This document shows positions 1 through 11,240 of a stretch of 64,000 bases of DNA, one piece after another (position 1 is the first letter of the stretch; each line of letters opens with the position of its first letter). Location: positions 178,878 through 242,877 of the forward strand of contig NW_026857783.1 in NCBI RefSeq assembly GCF_026571515.1, read 5' to 3'. Position numbers and translations under genes: made by a program. The notes under the pieces were generated by a model, which saw nothing but the letters and a program-made list of their open reading frames with translations, was not told the DNA's origin and made no database searches. Source of the stretch: Ruditapes philippinarum. Taxonomy: Eukaryota.

Positions 1-139
1 GTACATTAAGAAACATTTTAGAATTATTGGAGCAGATATTGTAACACTTACGTAGATTAGGTCTATAAAAAGATTAACTTAAGACTCTAACCAATAATTG
101 AGTCTTAAATTTATACACTAACCAATAATGATGGGCATA

Positions 140-400
140 TGTGCTTGAGTGAATAAGGTCCTTGACTTCTTACTGCTAGCCCATCCCGGCTTGGGTTCAA
201 ATCCCACCAGTGACTTTGGATTAAGCTATTCAGCTAGCTTAGGGAACGTTGGTGGTTCTACTCCAATGCCTGTTTGTTCATGCATGGAGGGGCACCTGCA
301 GTCTTCTTTAACCAGTTAGCACTAGGAAAGTTGCCATATGACCTTTACAGTGTAGGTCCAATATAAAAACTGTACCCCAAAAAAAAGGAACTATAATGGA
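140..400 (+). repeat. SINE-like element with tRNA B-box-like motif (family A)
   Basis: GGGTTCAAATCCCACCAGTGACTTTGGATT B-box-like core; homologous copies at 3030-3200 and 60150-60400; tail ...aagttgccatatgacc recurs at 4385-4400. Confidence 0.5.
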
Positions 401-638
401 AAGCACTTCACTGTTAGATAGATTATGAAGTAAAAAGGAGAATGTCACCTATAATCTTATAGATTTTGGCACATTTTAGCTTGAAATTATTTGTTTTGAA
501 AAAAAACAACTGATGTAAGCAAGAGGTTAACATCAAGAATTAATCTCTTTCAATGGTTATATTATGTGCTAATACTTGTTGAATTTACTATTGACTGGTA
601 AAAAGTATTTTTCTATTAATACATATAAATGTAACTAG

Positions 639-776
639 ATGATGGTAGAGCTTGGATTAGAGAGTGGTAGTATGACAGAAGAGGTTGGTTGTCTGGTAGA
701 ACATATCTGGCTAGAGGCCAATGAAGAAGTGGAAAATGTCCTGTCCTGTGATGTCACAAGTATCAAAGAAGAACAG
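639..776 (+). CDS. PARP4: PARP4-like exon (PARP regulatory/helical domain, N part); window-first resolvable exon
   Basis: ORF MMVELGLESGSMTEEVGCLVEHIWLEANEEVENVLSCDVTSIKEEQ; acceptor tag|ATG at 637-638, donor CAG|gtactt at 777; phase 0 into next exon; weak similarity to PARP helical domain. Confidence 0.45.
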
Positions 777-1452
777 GTACTTAATATTTACATTGATTTA
801 AATTTTTTTAGCTCCTCCTGAGCACAAAGAGCATACATGTACTTCAAGGTGAATTCTTGTAAAAACTGATATTCATAGTCTGTGTTTTGCATTTAGCATA
901 TTGTGTTGTCATCCTCAATTTCTTTAAACACATTTCCTTATCACATGGTAGATTTTTACTAAACTGCAGGAATGATCCTGAAGGGACAGTCCATGAAAAT
1001 CATATATTAAATGATTTCAGTTTGATAAATATGTAGGTCACAGTACCTGAAAATAGACTTTAAAACTGAAGTCTTTAAAGATCTTCAATTCAGAAACTAC
1101 ATTGCCATAAGCTTTGATACTCGCATGTAGCAATACCTTATGGTTTTATACAAAAGTAATATTAACCATGACTACAGGGTCAAATTTGTCCGCCCTTGGG
1201 GTCATTTAGCTTACATAGACTATAAATATTTGTGTATGAACTACACAGCTTTGTGATTAGATATTTGGCATTTAGCATTGTGTTAGTACAGACTTCTACA
1301 AAAGTCATTTTATTCATGGTCCTGGGGCCCATCATGTAATATAATAGATTTACGTTGAAGACCAAAAAAAGCATATTTTGAGATAAGTGCATTCAAAGAT
1401 AAATTGTAGAATTAAACGAAAGTCATGAGGTAATTCTTCGGTAAATTTTCAG

Positions 1453-1626
1453 GTTGAAAAAGCAGAAGCCATTTTGAAACAGATCAAGTCAGCCCTAGAT
1501 ACGAATGATGATAGTAAAATACCCAAACTGATGTCGGATTTCCATTCTACACTACCTCATGATAAGCTGCATCAAGCAGTGACACCAACTAAATACTGGT
1601 TGTCAAGGAAACTGGACCTCTGCCAG
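1453..1626 (+). CDS. PARP4: PARP4-like exon, PARP alpha-helical (regulatory) domain
   Basis: VEKAEAILKQIKSALDTNDDSKIPKLMSDFHSTLPHDKLHQAVTPTKYWLSRKLDLCQ resembles PARP1 ...LSNRFYTLIPHDFG...; acceptor ttttcag|GTT, donor CAG|gtaagt. Confidence 0.75.
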
Positions 1627-2184
1627 GTAAGTTTTCTACTAAAATTTCCATGAAAAAAAAAAAATAAAATAGATTTTTTTTTTACGATTATACCTTTACC
1701 TTTTTTAGAATGAGATAAAATTAACAAAAAAAAAAAAAAAATCACAACATGCTAATTAAATCTTACAACTTCAATAATTATGTAAAAAAATTACTTGCAC
1801 AACCTGATTTTAGGGTGCTTTCTTAGTGCAAACATGACTATTTGAAGACTACTCGAAGTAAAGGAAGAGTTATTTTTCTCAGTCTAGTATCGGCATCGCC
1901 ATCACACTTTAGTCAAGTTTTTGGGTGCAAGTTGGTATCTCCAAAATTACTAAAGGAAATGGGTTGAAACTTCACTCACTTGTTCTTTGTGATTATCTTG
2001 CTTGATGGACACAGGTTCTTTAGTTCTTAGGTATCTTTTTATCAGAGTTATGCCCCTTTTCTTACTGTCAAGCACTGAGAATAGTCAATTTGGCTGTCTT
2101 ACGGACAGTTCTTATTCATATTGATTCTTGAAAACATGAACTTATTAATAGTCAGAAGTAAGACAAACTTATTTGTTTTTGCAG

Positions 2185-2345
2185 TTGGTAAGAGATATGA
2201 TATCTGTTAGTGAGGCCACAAACTTTGCCATGAGAACTAGCACAGTAGCTAAATATAGGTCTCTAAGATGTGGGATAGATTGTTTGAGCCCTTCTAGTAC
2301 AGAATACCACACAGTTAAACAGCTGGTCAGCGATTCAATAGTTGG
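2185..2345 (+). CDS. PARP4: PARP4-like exon, end of helical domain
   Basis: LVRDMISVSEATNFAMRTSTVAKYRSLRCGIDCLSPSSTEYHTVKQLVSDSIVG; acceptor tttttgcag|, donor GG|gtaagc; ends phase 2 and joins next exon in frame. Confidence 0.75.
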
Positions 2346-2489
2346 GTAAGCCTATTAAATTTGAATGATTCCCCAACATAAAAAAAACAACTTTTCTTTA
2401 AAATGCACAATATGTTTCAGAAATCCATATCTTTTTTAATTCTTTTTATAAATGTCATACTGTGGTTCATGAGTTTAATAACATTTTAA

Positions 2490-2708
2490 TAATGGATTAA
2501 GGGCATGTTAGATGTTTAACAACTGAACAAAGTAGCGCTGAATGTGCAGTATATGTGTCGTAAAGGTAGCAAAATGTAAACAAAGCAGTATTTTGACTTG
2601 CATACAAATTACTAACTCATTATATTTATATCCATTGCCAATAGAGCTAAAGGAGAAAAAGACAGTTCATGTATATGATAAATTAGTATTAATTTGGAAC
2701 CTGATACC

Positions 2709-2741
<33 letters not shown>

Positions 2742-2750
2742 TGATAGCAT
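2490..2750 (+). repeat. poly(A)-tailed SINE-like element (family B)
   Basis: catgttagatg..agtagcgctgaatgt..aatgtaaacaaagcagtattttgacttgcatacaaa.. plus A22 tail at 2708-2730; copies at 5425-5580 and 12312-12490. Confidence 0.55.
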
Positions 2751-3029
2751 TTCTTTGGCATAATGCACCTTTAAGCAACTTTTCTCCATTTCATGTTAAT
2801 TTCTAGTAAAAACATATGTATTGTAATTGATATAATATTACATAATGGTTTTAATGAAGTCAGAGGCACTTTTATTCCATGGAAAAGATATGCTCATTGA
2901 TATCAACAAGGTAGGATTGTTATGATAAGAATTTTATGCATACAACATTATCAGATGTGACATCATGTCACATGGATTTTGAATATTCACACATTTCTTT
3001 ATTTATCTGTTACTCACCAGAGATGAGCA

Positions 3030-3200
3030 TATTATACAGCCAAGGAAAGCATGACACCAAACGTTAAGTCACTTGCTCTTCATCTCTGTTGGTTCGAATC
3101 CCATCAGGGATTTGGATGTTTTAAGTGAGGAAAATACTTAGCTAGCTTGTTCTTCTCAGGTACCCACTGGTGTGTCAGATAATGGGCAAAGGAATACCAA
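3030..3200 (+). repeat. SINE-like element (family A copy)
   Basis: GGTTCGAATCCCATCAGGGATTTGGATG B-box-like motif; no A box or cloverleaf, so not a tRNA gene. Confidence 0.5.
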
Positions 3201-3204
3201 AGGT

Positions 3205-4385
3205 CTTTTTATGCCCCCACAATGTGGGAGCATATAGCGTTGCACTTGTCCGTCCGTCCGTCAGTCCGTCCGCACTCACAGGACAGTAATTATGTGGCTA
3301 GAGGGACAATAGGTAACTGTTCTTTCTCTTTGATGTCATTCATTCCGTAATGCTTTTATGTGGCTATTTTCTTTTGTGTGGCTAAAAAGAACAATAGAGA
3401 GAACAATAGAGTAGCCACATAATTACTGTCCTGTGAGAACTTCCGTCCGTACGTCCCGAAATCTTGTGAACGCAACTCCTCTTAAACCGGATGGCAGATT
3501 TTGCTTAAACAACATTAATGTGTATATGGTAGTAAAGGAAGGAATTTTTGCTGCGACCAAATTTAACAGAATTATGGCCCTTTGTTGATTTTTTCACTAT
3601 ATACTATGTAGAAATTTTGTGAACGCAACTCCTCTTAAACCGGATGGCAGATTTTGCTTAAACTTACAGGGATGAACAACCTTAATGTGTAGATGGTAGT
3701 AAAGGAAGGAATTTTTGCTGCGACCAAATTTAACAGAATTATGGCACTTTGTTGATTTTTTCACTATATACTATGTAGAAATTTTGTGAACGCAACTCCT
3801 CTTAAACCGGATGGCAGATTTTGCTTAAACTTACAGGGATGAACAACCTTAAGGTGTAGATGTTAGTAAAGGAAGGAATTTTTGCTGCGACCAAATTTAA
3901 CAGAATTATGGCCCTTTGTTGATTTTTTCACTAAATACTATGTAGAAATTTTGTGAATGCAACTCCTCTTAAACCGGATGGCAGATTTTGCTTAAACTTC
4001 CAGGGATGAACAACCTTAATGTGTAGATGGTAGTAAAGGAAGGAATTTTTGCTGCGACCAAATTTAACAGAATTATGGCCCTTTGTTGATTTTTTCACTA
4101 TATACTATGTAGAAATTTTGTGAATGCAACTCCTCTTAAACCGGATGGCAGATAATGCTTAAACTGGCAGGGATGAACAACCTTAATGTGTAGATGGTAG
4201 TAAAGGAAGGAATTTTTGCTGCGACCAAATTTAACAGAATTATGGCCCTTTGTTGATTTTTAGTTTTTCAACTTGTGGCACATGTAGTCCAAAAAATATT
4301 TGACCTAGAGTCATAAGATTGACAGAACAGTGGCGTGTGGGGGCATCCGTGTCCTATGGACACATTTCTAGTTCCATCAGTAAAG
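3205..4385 (+). mobile_element. non-autonomous TIR element (ATGCCCCCAC...GTGGGGGCAT) with (GTCC)n head, internal hairpin and 4.5 copies of a 180-bp satellite (3440-4260)
   Basis: termini atgcccccacaatgtggg (3211) and gtgggggcatccgtg (4340); inverted repeat cacaggacagtaattatgtggctag / tagccacataattactgtcctgtgag; near-identical element at 47440-48110. Confidence 0.6.
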
Positions 4386-4540
4386 CTAGAAAGTTGCCAT
4401 ATGATAATACAGTGTTGGTGTGACATACAAACAAAAATTAATTGAATGATAAAAGAGTTGATGATCTTGAATAAAATGAGTGACAAAAACATGACTAAAT
4501 ATTACTGTGCCATTTATATACATGTATATATATATTACAG

Positions 4541-4678
4541 AGATTGTCAGATCAATATTGTTGACATCTTTGCTGTAAATCGCCCGGTGGAGAGCAGCAA
4601 CTTCCTGTGGCATATCTCCAATAAACAACTTCTCTTCCACGCATCTAAAGCTAACAATATAGTTGGAATCTTATCCAG
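4541..4678 (+). CDS. PARP4: PARP catalytic domain exon (NAD-binding His block)
   Basis: DCQINIVDIFAVNRPVESSNFLWHISNKQLLFHASKANNIVGILSRGL parallels PARP1 YDLEVIDIF...[21 protein letters not shown] (H conserved, G to A); acceptor tatattacag|, donor CAG|gtaatt. Confidence 0.85.
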
Positions 4679-5424
4679 GTAATTACACAGATTGGTGAGC
4701 TATTTAAACTTTTTTATGGTAGATAATTATATAAAACATTACTGCGTGTTTGCAGTTAGACAATCAAACATGTATGTTACCTATATATACAGCTAATGCA
4801 AATTTGAGATTCTATTTCTACTTTTATCAAAGAAGGCAATAAATTTCCATATTATAAATTCTAAAGACTTGAATTGTTATTATATGGACATGTATAAACG
4901 GTTGTTTGCATTATAACCGTTATCAAGTGGCTTGTGTTAATAGGAGCTTACAGTCAGTTTTACTGGGCTATAGGAGAGGATCAGTGGTCAAGTGGTTATA
5001 CAGGTTCATTCCTTAACTACTCCACTAACAGTTCAAAATTTTAATGGTCTTTCATCTAAAAATAGCAAGGTCTCATGTATCTGTACTCTACACTTGGCAT
5101 GTAAAATAAATAGCTTATGGAACAGGTCAAATACTGCATCATTCATACAGTCCGCTAGAAATAAGAAAATATGCAGCATTGCAGATTGGGCAGCTGCACA
5201 CAACAGTTAGTAAAGTGAAGCAAAAAAAGAAAAATATTGGGCCATTTTACCTATATAATCTTGACCACAAATATACAAGCTGTAAGAATATTTTTCTTTA
5301 TTCTTCCTCAGGTTTCAAAGATTATTGCATCAGATTTAATGGCACATAATGCCTCAGAAACAAATAAAAAATTCTTTAAAAAGTTTGAGCATGTGCTTTA
5401 TAAAGTCTAAATAATGTCTTTAGA

Positions 5425-5580
5425 CCATGTTAGATGCTAAACACCAAAAGAGAGTAGTACTGAATGTGAAATTATGTTCATAAAAGTAGAAAAATGTAAA
5501 CAAAGCAGTAATTTGACTTCCATACAAAATACTAAATCACTATGACACTGTACTTGCCAAAAAAAAAAATGAACCAAAAG
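5425..5580 (+). repeat. SINE-like family B copy
   Basis: shares catgttagatgct..agtagtactgaatgtga..aatgtaaacaaagcagtaatttgacttccatacaaaatactaaatcac with 2490-2750; A11 tail. Confidence 0.5.
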
Positions 5581-5794
5581 ATGGTTCAGATTAGTATCCA
5601 GTGAGTAAATTTTCAGAAACTATAATTATCAGGTCACTAGAAATATAAAGCTTCTGAGAAAAAAAGATTGAAGAATGTATTGGGCATAATGGACAGGGAT
5701 AGGAATAGTCTATTGTACGGGCATCTTGCTTAAATTATAAAGAACCTTTTTGCATTGTTTATTATGAATTCTAAGTAATTAAGTTATATTTCAG

Positions 5795-5893
5795 AGGGTT
5801 GTTAATGCCGAGGGTTGTAGTGGAGGATCATGGAGGTACAAGGTCTGATCCTGGCATGTTGGGATCTGGTATTTACTTTGCAAGTGCTGCAAG
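5795..5893 (+). CDS. PARP4: PARP catalytic domain exon (GIYFA tyrosine block)
   Basis: LLMPRVVVEDHGGTRSDPGMLGSGIYFASAAR parallels PARP1 ...GYMFGKGIYFADM; acceptor tatttcag|, donor AAG|gtaatg; phase consistent. Confidence 0.85.
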
Positions 5894-6149
5894 GTAATGC
5901 TTTTGTAATTTTTGGTTTCAAATTGATATTTTAGATGATATTTTTCACATTTTGCTGTAAATTTATGTTTGAGTTTTTGCTAAATATTTTAATAAATTGT
6001 TATTTTTAATGGCTATTTTTTGTGTATATTAACAAAAATAATGTCTGGTCCAGAACTTTGTTGCTTTTTGCTGAATTTTAACTGTATGGAAGAATTGTAT
6101 TCCATCCTTAGACAATATGGCATGCTCAAGTTCCTCTTATATAGCAAGA

Positions 6150-6290
6150 GTATGCATAAATAGAGGATATTGAATGAGTGTATGTTTAATAACGAATTTA
6201 TTGAACAAGTTGAATAAAATTATTTTATGTGAGCCCCTGGAAAGCATAATAATATTTTCAACCAGTTCAATATATTCAGGTATGAACTTA
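6150..6290. repeat. palindromic MITE-like family C
   Basis: atattgaatgagtgtatgtttaataacgaatttattgaacaagttgaataaaatta; homologous to 19690-19850 and to hairpin element 60825-60970. Confidence 0.4.
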
Positions 6291-6650
6291 CACAAATTTA
6301 ATTATCACATACTGAAAATATATAGACCATTTGAAGCGAAAAAGTGCCAATTTTCATTGACACGCCTATAGTATAATGCTAATATTTAGCATGTCTTAAT
6401 GCTCTGTTTATATAACACAAATGACGTCACTTCAAAATATAATCACGGCTGTGCAATACCATGTTTACAAAGTTGTAAAAATGGCACTGGTATGTGATAA
6501 ACTAAATTTTGAATGTAGGTCATTATTACATTATACTTGTATTTTATTTCTAAGGAAAAGCATTAAACCTTTACAAAGGTCCATTTCTTTCTTCTTTTCA
6601 CAATAATTTTTTTGAAATGGTAGATTTGATTTTCTTTCTGCAATTTTTAG

Positions 6651-6834
6651 TACAAGTGTTGGTTATTCTCTGGCAAGTAAAACAAAAGGGTCAAGGTTTA
6701 TGCTGGTCAGTGAGGTTGCCTTGGGCAGGTGTATGGATACGTATCAGAAAGATTTGACCTTGACCTCTGCTCCAGAAGGTTATAACAGTGTACATGGTGT
6801 GAAATCTTCTCCAGGAGAACAATCTGCATTTAAG
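6651..6834 (+). CDS. PARP4: PARP catalytic domain exon
   Basis: STSVGYSLASKTKGSRFMLVSEVALGRCMDTYQKDLTLTSAPEGYNSVHGVKSSPGEQSAFK parallels PARP1 VSKSANYC...LLGEVALGNMYEL...KGKHSVKGLGKTTPDPSA; acceptor caatttttag|, donor AAG|gtacta. Confidence 0.85.
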
Positions 6835-7074
6835 GTACTATAATATATGATGTGTTTAGTTATCTAGGCTGTTGCACATCAATTTAATTTTTAGCTGTCT
6901 TTGATTTGAATCTGGAAATGTTCACTTACAGTTTAAGGGATTTTAATTTGAAAATATTATAGAAACCAATAGTGACCTTATGATGGCTGGACAAGCTCAT
7001 TTTTAGAAATTCAATAGTTTTAGGGTTAATAGTTACCCTTGAAGCTGGAGTGTCAGTCAATTTAATATTTTTGC

Positions 7075-7372
7075 ATTCGTCTCAGTGAGATATTATCCAT
7101 ATCTAACCAAATACTTGTTTAATAATCATTCCACTGACATATATAATTCATATCTAATCAAAAACTTGTTTTATAACAGGATTCTGATATTCCTCCAAGT
7201 GAGATATAATTCATATCTAATCAAAACTTGTTTTATAACAGGATTCTGTAATTTCTCTAAGTGAGATATAATTCATATCTAATCAAATCAAACACTCGTT
7301 TTATTACAGGATTTTGATATTCTTCCTAGTGAGATATTAGTGATATCTAATCAAAAACTAATTTTATTACAG
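7075..7372 (+). repeat. ~65-bp tandem repeat (4-5 units) duplicating the 3' splice-site region of exon 7373
   Basis: repeated gtgagatataattcatatctaatcaaaacttgttttataacag gattctgatattcctccaa; the last unit provides the real acceptor ttttattacag|GATGATGAG. Confidence 0.7.
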
Positions 7373-7526
7373 GATGATGAGTATGTGATATACAGCCCGA
7401 ATCAACAAAGACTGAAATATCTAGTAGAGTTTACTACAAAAACTGATGAAGTGAAGAGGACTTTTGAAGAGCTTGTAACCCTGGATGAAATGATGATATC
7501 TGATGATGAAGATTCTGATGTTATAA
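7373..7526 (+). CDS. PARP4: PARP catalytic domain exon (catalytic Glu block)
   Basis: DDEYVIYSPNQQRLKYLVEFTTKTDEV... parallels PARP1 [22 protein letters not shown]; acceptor ttttattacag|, donor A|gtatgt; ends phase 1. Confidence 0.85.
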
Positions 7527-8048
7527 GTATGTATATCATGAATAATTGTGAATTTGGTGCATGTATAATACAAATAAAAAGCAATGGGAATGGTTTTCCT
7601 TCAATGTATCTAAATATTCAAGGTTATATTGAAACATTCTGTTTGTTTCCACAGGAAAATATTTGAATGTTTTAAATTACAGAAACTGTGCAATTGTTGA
7701 ATTCTACACCAGCATCTTGTTACCTTCCTCCTGAAATTTAAGTTATAAATGTTATAAACTCATGAAAAAATAACCATGAAATATCAGACTGTAACCTGCA
7801 TTCTGTGTAAGATTCAGTTCTTTAAGGCCAGTGTAGTATTTCTCATTACATTTGTATGATATGTTTTGCTGTTTTTCACATCAGGAACCTTATAAGATTT
7901 AAATAATACTGAGGGCATACTAGAACAGGTGCAGAGTCAAAGGTCAAGGCTAGTCTCATCTCCGAGGCAGATTCAGATGTTAACCTTTTATAATTATGTG
8001 CATGTGTTTATTTATTGCAAAAATAACATTTTGTCATTGTCTTATTAG

Positions 8049-8179
8049 GTTTGAAAGATGTCAAGGACATTACAGACCCTATGTCAAAGGTCAAGGCCGG
8101 TCTTGTCTCCAAGGACGATGCACCGGTTAACCTTAAATCTGTACATGTTCGTGCTAAACTGATGGATTTGGCATCTGAG
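8049..8179 (+). CDS. PARP4: VIT (vault protein inter-alpha-trypsin) domain exon 1
   Basis: SLKDVKDITDPMSKVKAGLVSKDDAPVNLKSVHVRAKLMDLASE; acceptor cttattag|, donor GAG|gtaaat; phase 1 to 0. Confidence 0.8.
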
Positions 8180-8500
8180 GTAAATTATGTACATCTCTAC
8201 TGAGATGTCAGGGCAGAGAGAATTTTTGTGTGTTCAGGGTGGTTTTAGATAAAATACATGTAATTAATTGTAGGGTGGTTGTTAGTTAAACTGCCAATAT
8301 ATCCTCATTAATGATTTGAAACAACTTTTAAGAATGAATTTATTAGATTCAATGTGATAACTATATTTTCTTGAAAAAAAACATGTTTTAGTCATAAGAC
8401 ACTTATTAATAAGTTCAAAATTGATGTAGCTATGAAGACTTAAATGATATGCTCCTTTTTTCATTGTAAATTTGGGCTGACAGTTGATGTTGGAAATATT

Positions 8501-9235
8501 TATACCCCCGCACAACAAAGTTGTAAGGGGGTATACTGGAATCAGCTTGTCTGTCCGACCGTCCAGCTGTCTGGCCGTATGGCGTCCGTCGTTTTTTTCT
8601 TGTCCGCCCAATAACTTAAGAATCCTTTGACCCACAGTCTTCATATTTGGCATGGAAGTTAGTCATAATCAGTAGATGACCCCTATTGATTTTGAGGTCA
8701 CTGGGTCAAAGGTCAAGGTCACAGGGGCCTTGACTTCAAAAAGCTTGTCCGCCCAAAAACTTAAGGTTCCTTTGACCCACAGTCTTCATATTTGGCATGG
8801 AGGTTAGTCGTGATTAGTAGATGACCCCTATTGATTTTGAGGTCACCAGGTCAAAGGTCAAGGTCACAGGGGCCTTGACTTCAAAAAGCTTGTCCGCCCA
8901 AAAACTTAAGGTTCCTATGACCCACAGTCTTCATATTTGGCATGGAGGTTAGTCATGATTAGTAAATGATCCGTATTGATTTTGAGGTCACTGGGTCAAA
9001 GGTCAAGGTCACAGGGACCTTGTCAAAATAAAGCTTTTCCCCAATGCCTGTCCAGAGTGTATTGATTTTGACATTTTCACATTTGAAGCATGTAGAATAC
9101 ATAACTTAGCAATGCACTGGCTTAGTCACCTCAGATTTGGCAGGGTGGTTGTCCTTGAGTTCTAAATGGCCACTGTTGATTCTGACAAAGTGGTATGCGG
9201 GGGTATTCACGCCATGATAGTGGCAGTTCTAGTTT
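8501..9235 (+). mobile_element. TIR element (TATACCCCCG...CGGGGGTATT) carrying a 139-bp satellite (~3.5 units)
   Basis: 5' tatacccccgcacaacaaagttgtaagggggtatactggaatcagcttgtctgtccg; 3' ggtatgcgggggtattcacgccatgatagtggcagttctagttt; same family as 39347-41095. Confidence 0.6.
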
Positions 9236-9568
9236 ATGATAAAATATAAATCTGGCTAAAATATAAAAAAAGACTGTGCCACTGTTTTTCTAAACTGATT
9301 GCTACATTTGAATTATAATAGATATTGACAGACTTTTCCTTGGGCCATGTGAGTTATTTATCGTTTCTGCGAAGTGAATTATTAAATTAAAAGGAATTAT
9401 TGCACAATGAAAACTTATTTTGACTTTCACCTGTGCACTCACTATCTACCCTGCTTTATGAAGGAATGAAATGAGGCAGTGAAAAAATTCAAGAGCTTTA
9501 GAAAAGAGTGAAGTATATCATCAGATGAATCACAAGCAAAGTGTGCTAATGATAATCTTTTATTTTAG

Positions 9569-9793
9569 GTGGTTGTGTTGCAAGAATATGAAAACAACAG
9601 TAAGAACCCTCTAGAAGCAAAGTATGTATTCCCACTAGGAGATCTAGCTGCTGTTTGTGGGTTTGAAGCATTTATCAATGGAAAACATATCATTGGGGAA
9701 GTGAAGGAAAAAGAGCAAGCCCATAAAGAATATAAGAAGGCAATTAGTGAAGGGCATGGTGCTTATCTTATGGACCAAGATGAGGAAACTCCT
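9569..9793 (+). CDS. PARP4: VIT domain exon 2
   Basis: VVVLQEYENNSKNPLEAKYVFPLGDLAAVCGFEAFINGKHIIGEVKEKEQAHKEYKKAISEGHGAYLMDQDEETP; acceptor tattttag|, donor CCT|gtaagt; 75 codons phase 0. Confidence 0.85.
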
Positions 9794-10140
9794 GTAAGTA
9801 CAGTGAAACTGTATAAATGGTATAAAATATGATATTTGACCTGTATAAATGGTATATATAAATAAGATATGATATTGAAACCTGTATAAGTAGTATATTA
9901 AAATGGTATAATTTAGATATGATATTGGACCTTTATAAATGGTATGATCTTAGACCTGTATAGATAGTGTGTAAGTGTATAAATGTTATATCAGAATAAT
10001 GATATTTGACTTGTATAAATGGCATAATATTAGATATGATATTGGACCTGTATAAATGGTATGAAATGACATAATATTATGATATTGGACCATGAATTAA
10101 TGGTATAAGATAAGATATGATATATGACCTGTATAAATGG
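9794..10140 (+). repeat. ~60-bp tandem repeat (5 units) beginning at the 5' splice site of exon 9569-9793
   Basis: units tgatatttgacctgtataaatggtataaaatat...; first unit overlaps donor CCT|gtaagtacagtgaaactgtataaatggtat. Confidence 0.65.
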
Positions 10141-10876
10141 TTTAAAATTAGGTCTAATTTCAACATGATTAAAATTGGTGTATCAATTTGAATTAAATTT
10201 CAGTTTTGGACTTTTGGACAAGATGAATATGTCAGTAATTGTCAGTCAATACTACATTGTATTGATTTGTTTTAAAGTTAAATAATTTTCATGAGAGCTG
10301 GATATTCCCATCTGTACAAGAAAAGCATTGTCTGGTCCTTTTTCTTGCAAATTACAGTCATGTTAATTTAAGTTCAAATAGAATTAATCATATTAATATT
10401 TCCAGTTAAGCTGAGTTTACAATTTCATTCTTAATGGCAGAATAATGTCATTCAAAGCATGTGACTCATTCAACAATAGCTTTGTATAGCAGTGTCATGT
10501 AGACATATAGATATCTCTCTTATTCACTTTTAGTTTGAATTGAGTCTTTGATGAATGTATCACTGTATTGAATAAGAGTGTGACTTAAAATAGTGTTGGA
10601 ACATGCACAACACTAAATACTGTATTCCGGTATATACTGGAAAAGGTGCTTGAATGATTAAATTTTAAAATCTTTTGCCATTTCACCTGCCAAAATGCAT
10701 TTTGGAAAGTTTAATTCATCTCTTCCTACCAATTTATATAAGAACTTGAATGATAAATATAAGAATTGTTAAAAAAGAAAAAAAAAAGATTATTTTTCTA
10801 CTTTGTGATCATGATTTCTGCAAGTGTCTAACACTGTAGTGAGTTAAATCTATTGATTATCACTTCTTATTACCAG

Positions 10877-11038
10877 GATGTGTTTACAGTCAGCGTGGGC
10901 AACCTACCACCTGGGGCAACCGTGCTCATCAAGATCACATATGTGGCAGAGTTACAGGTGGAAGGGGAAATGATCAGCTTTAGGTTGCCCGGAAGTGTGG
11001 CTCCTTGGAAGAAAGATTCATTGAAGGAAACTACACAG
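10877..11038 (+). CDS. PARP4: VIT domain exon 3
   Basis: DVFTVSVGNLPPGATVLIKITYVAELQVEGEMISFRLPGSVAPWKKDSLKETTQ; acceptor ttattaccag|, donor CAG|gtatga. Confidence 0.85.
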
Positions 11039-11094
11039 GTATGATTTCTATCCTGTAGTTGGTGTTTTGACATTTTTCCATACTGAAGTTGTAT

Positions 11095-11240
11095 AATATA
11101 AGAAATATACTAGTCCTGATATGACTATGCACTGTCCTGCTGATTAGACTGTTCACTTCCCTGCTGACTGGTCTTTGCACTACCCTGCTGACTGGTCTTT
11201 GCACTGCCCTGCTGACTGGACTTTGCACTGCCTTGTACCA
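11095..11240 (+). repeat. 24-bp tandem repeat x5 (CTGCTGACTGGTCTTTGCACTRCC)
   Basis: ctgtcctgctgattagactgttcacttccctgctgactggtctttgcactaccctgctgactggtctttgcactgccctgctgactggactttgcactgcc, 57 bp after donor 11039. Confidence 0.7.

Noticed and set aside
3080-3130. Possible tRNA gene (GGTTCGAATCCCATCAGGG)
   Set aside because: Only a B-box/T-arm-like motif is present. No A box, anticodon arm or acceptor-stem complementarity could be found. The same motif recurs in dispersed SINE-like copies.
7340-7666. 108-aa ORF extending catalytic exon 7373-7526 into the intron
   Set aside because: A strong GTATGT donor at 7527 and loss of PARP similarity after ...DSDVI indicate the ORF tail is intronic read-through.
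8282-8653. 123-aa minus-strand ORF
   Set aside because: It lies entirely inside the 139-bp satellite/TIR element (8501-9235) and the MITE-like flank. It has no splice context and a low-complexity repeat-derived translation.
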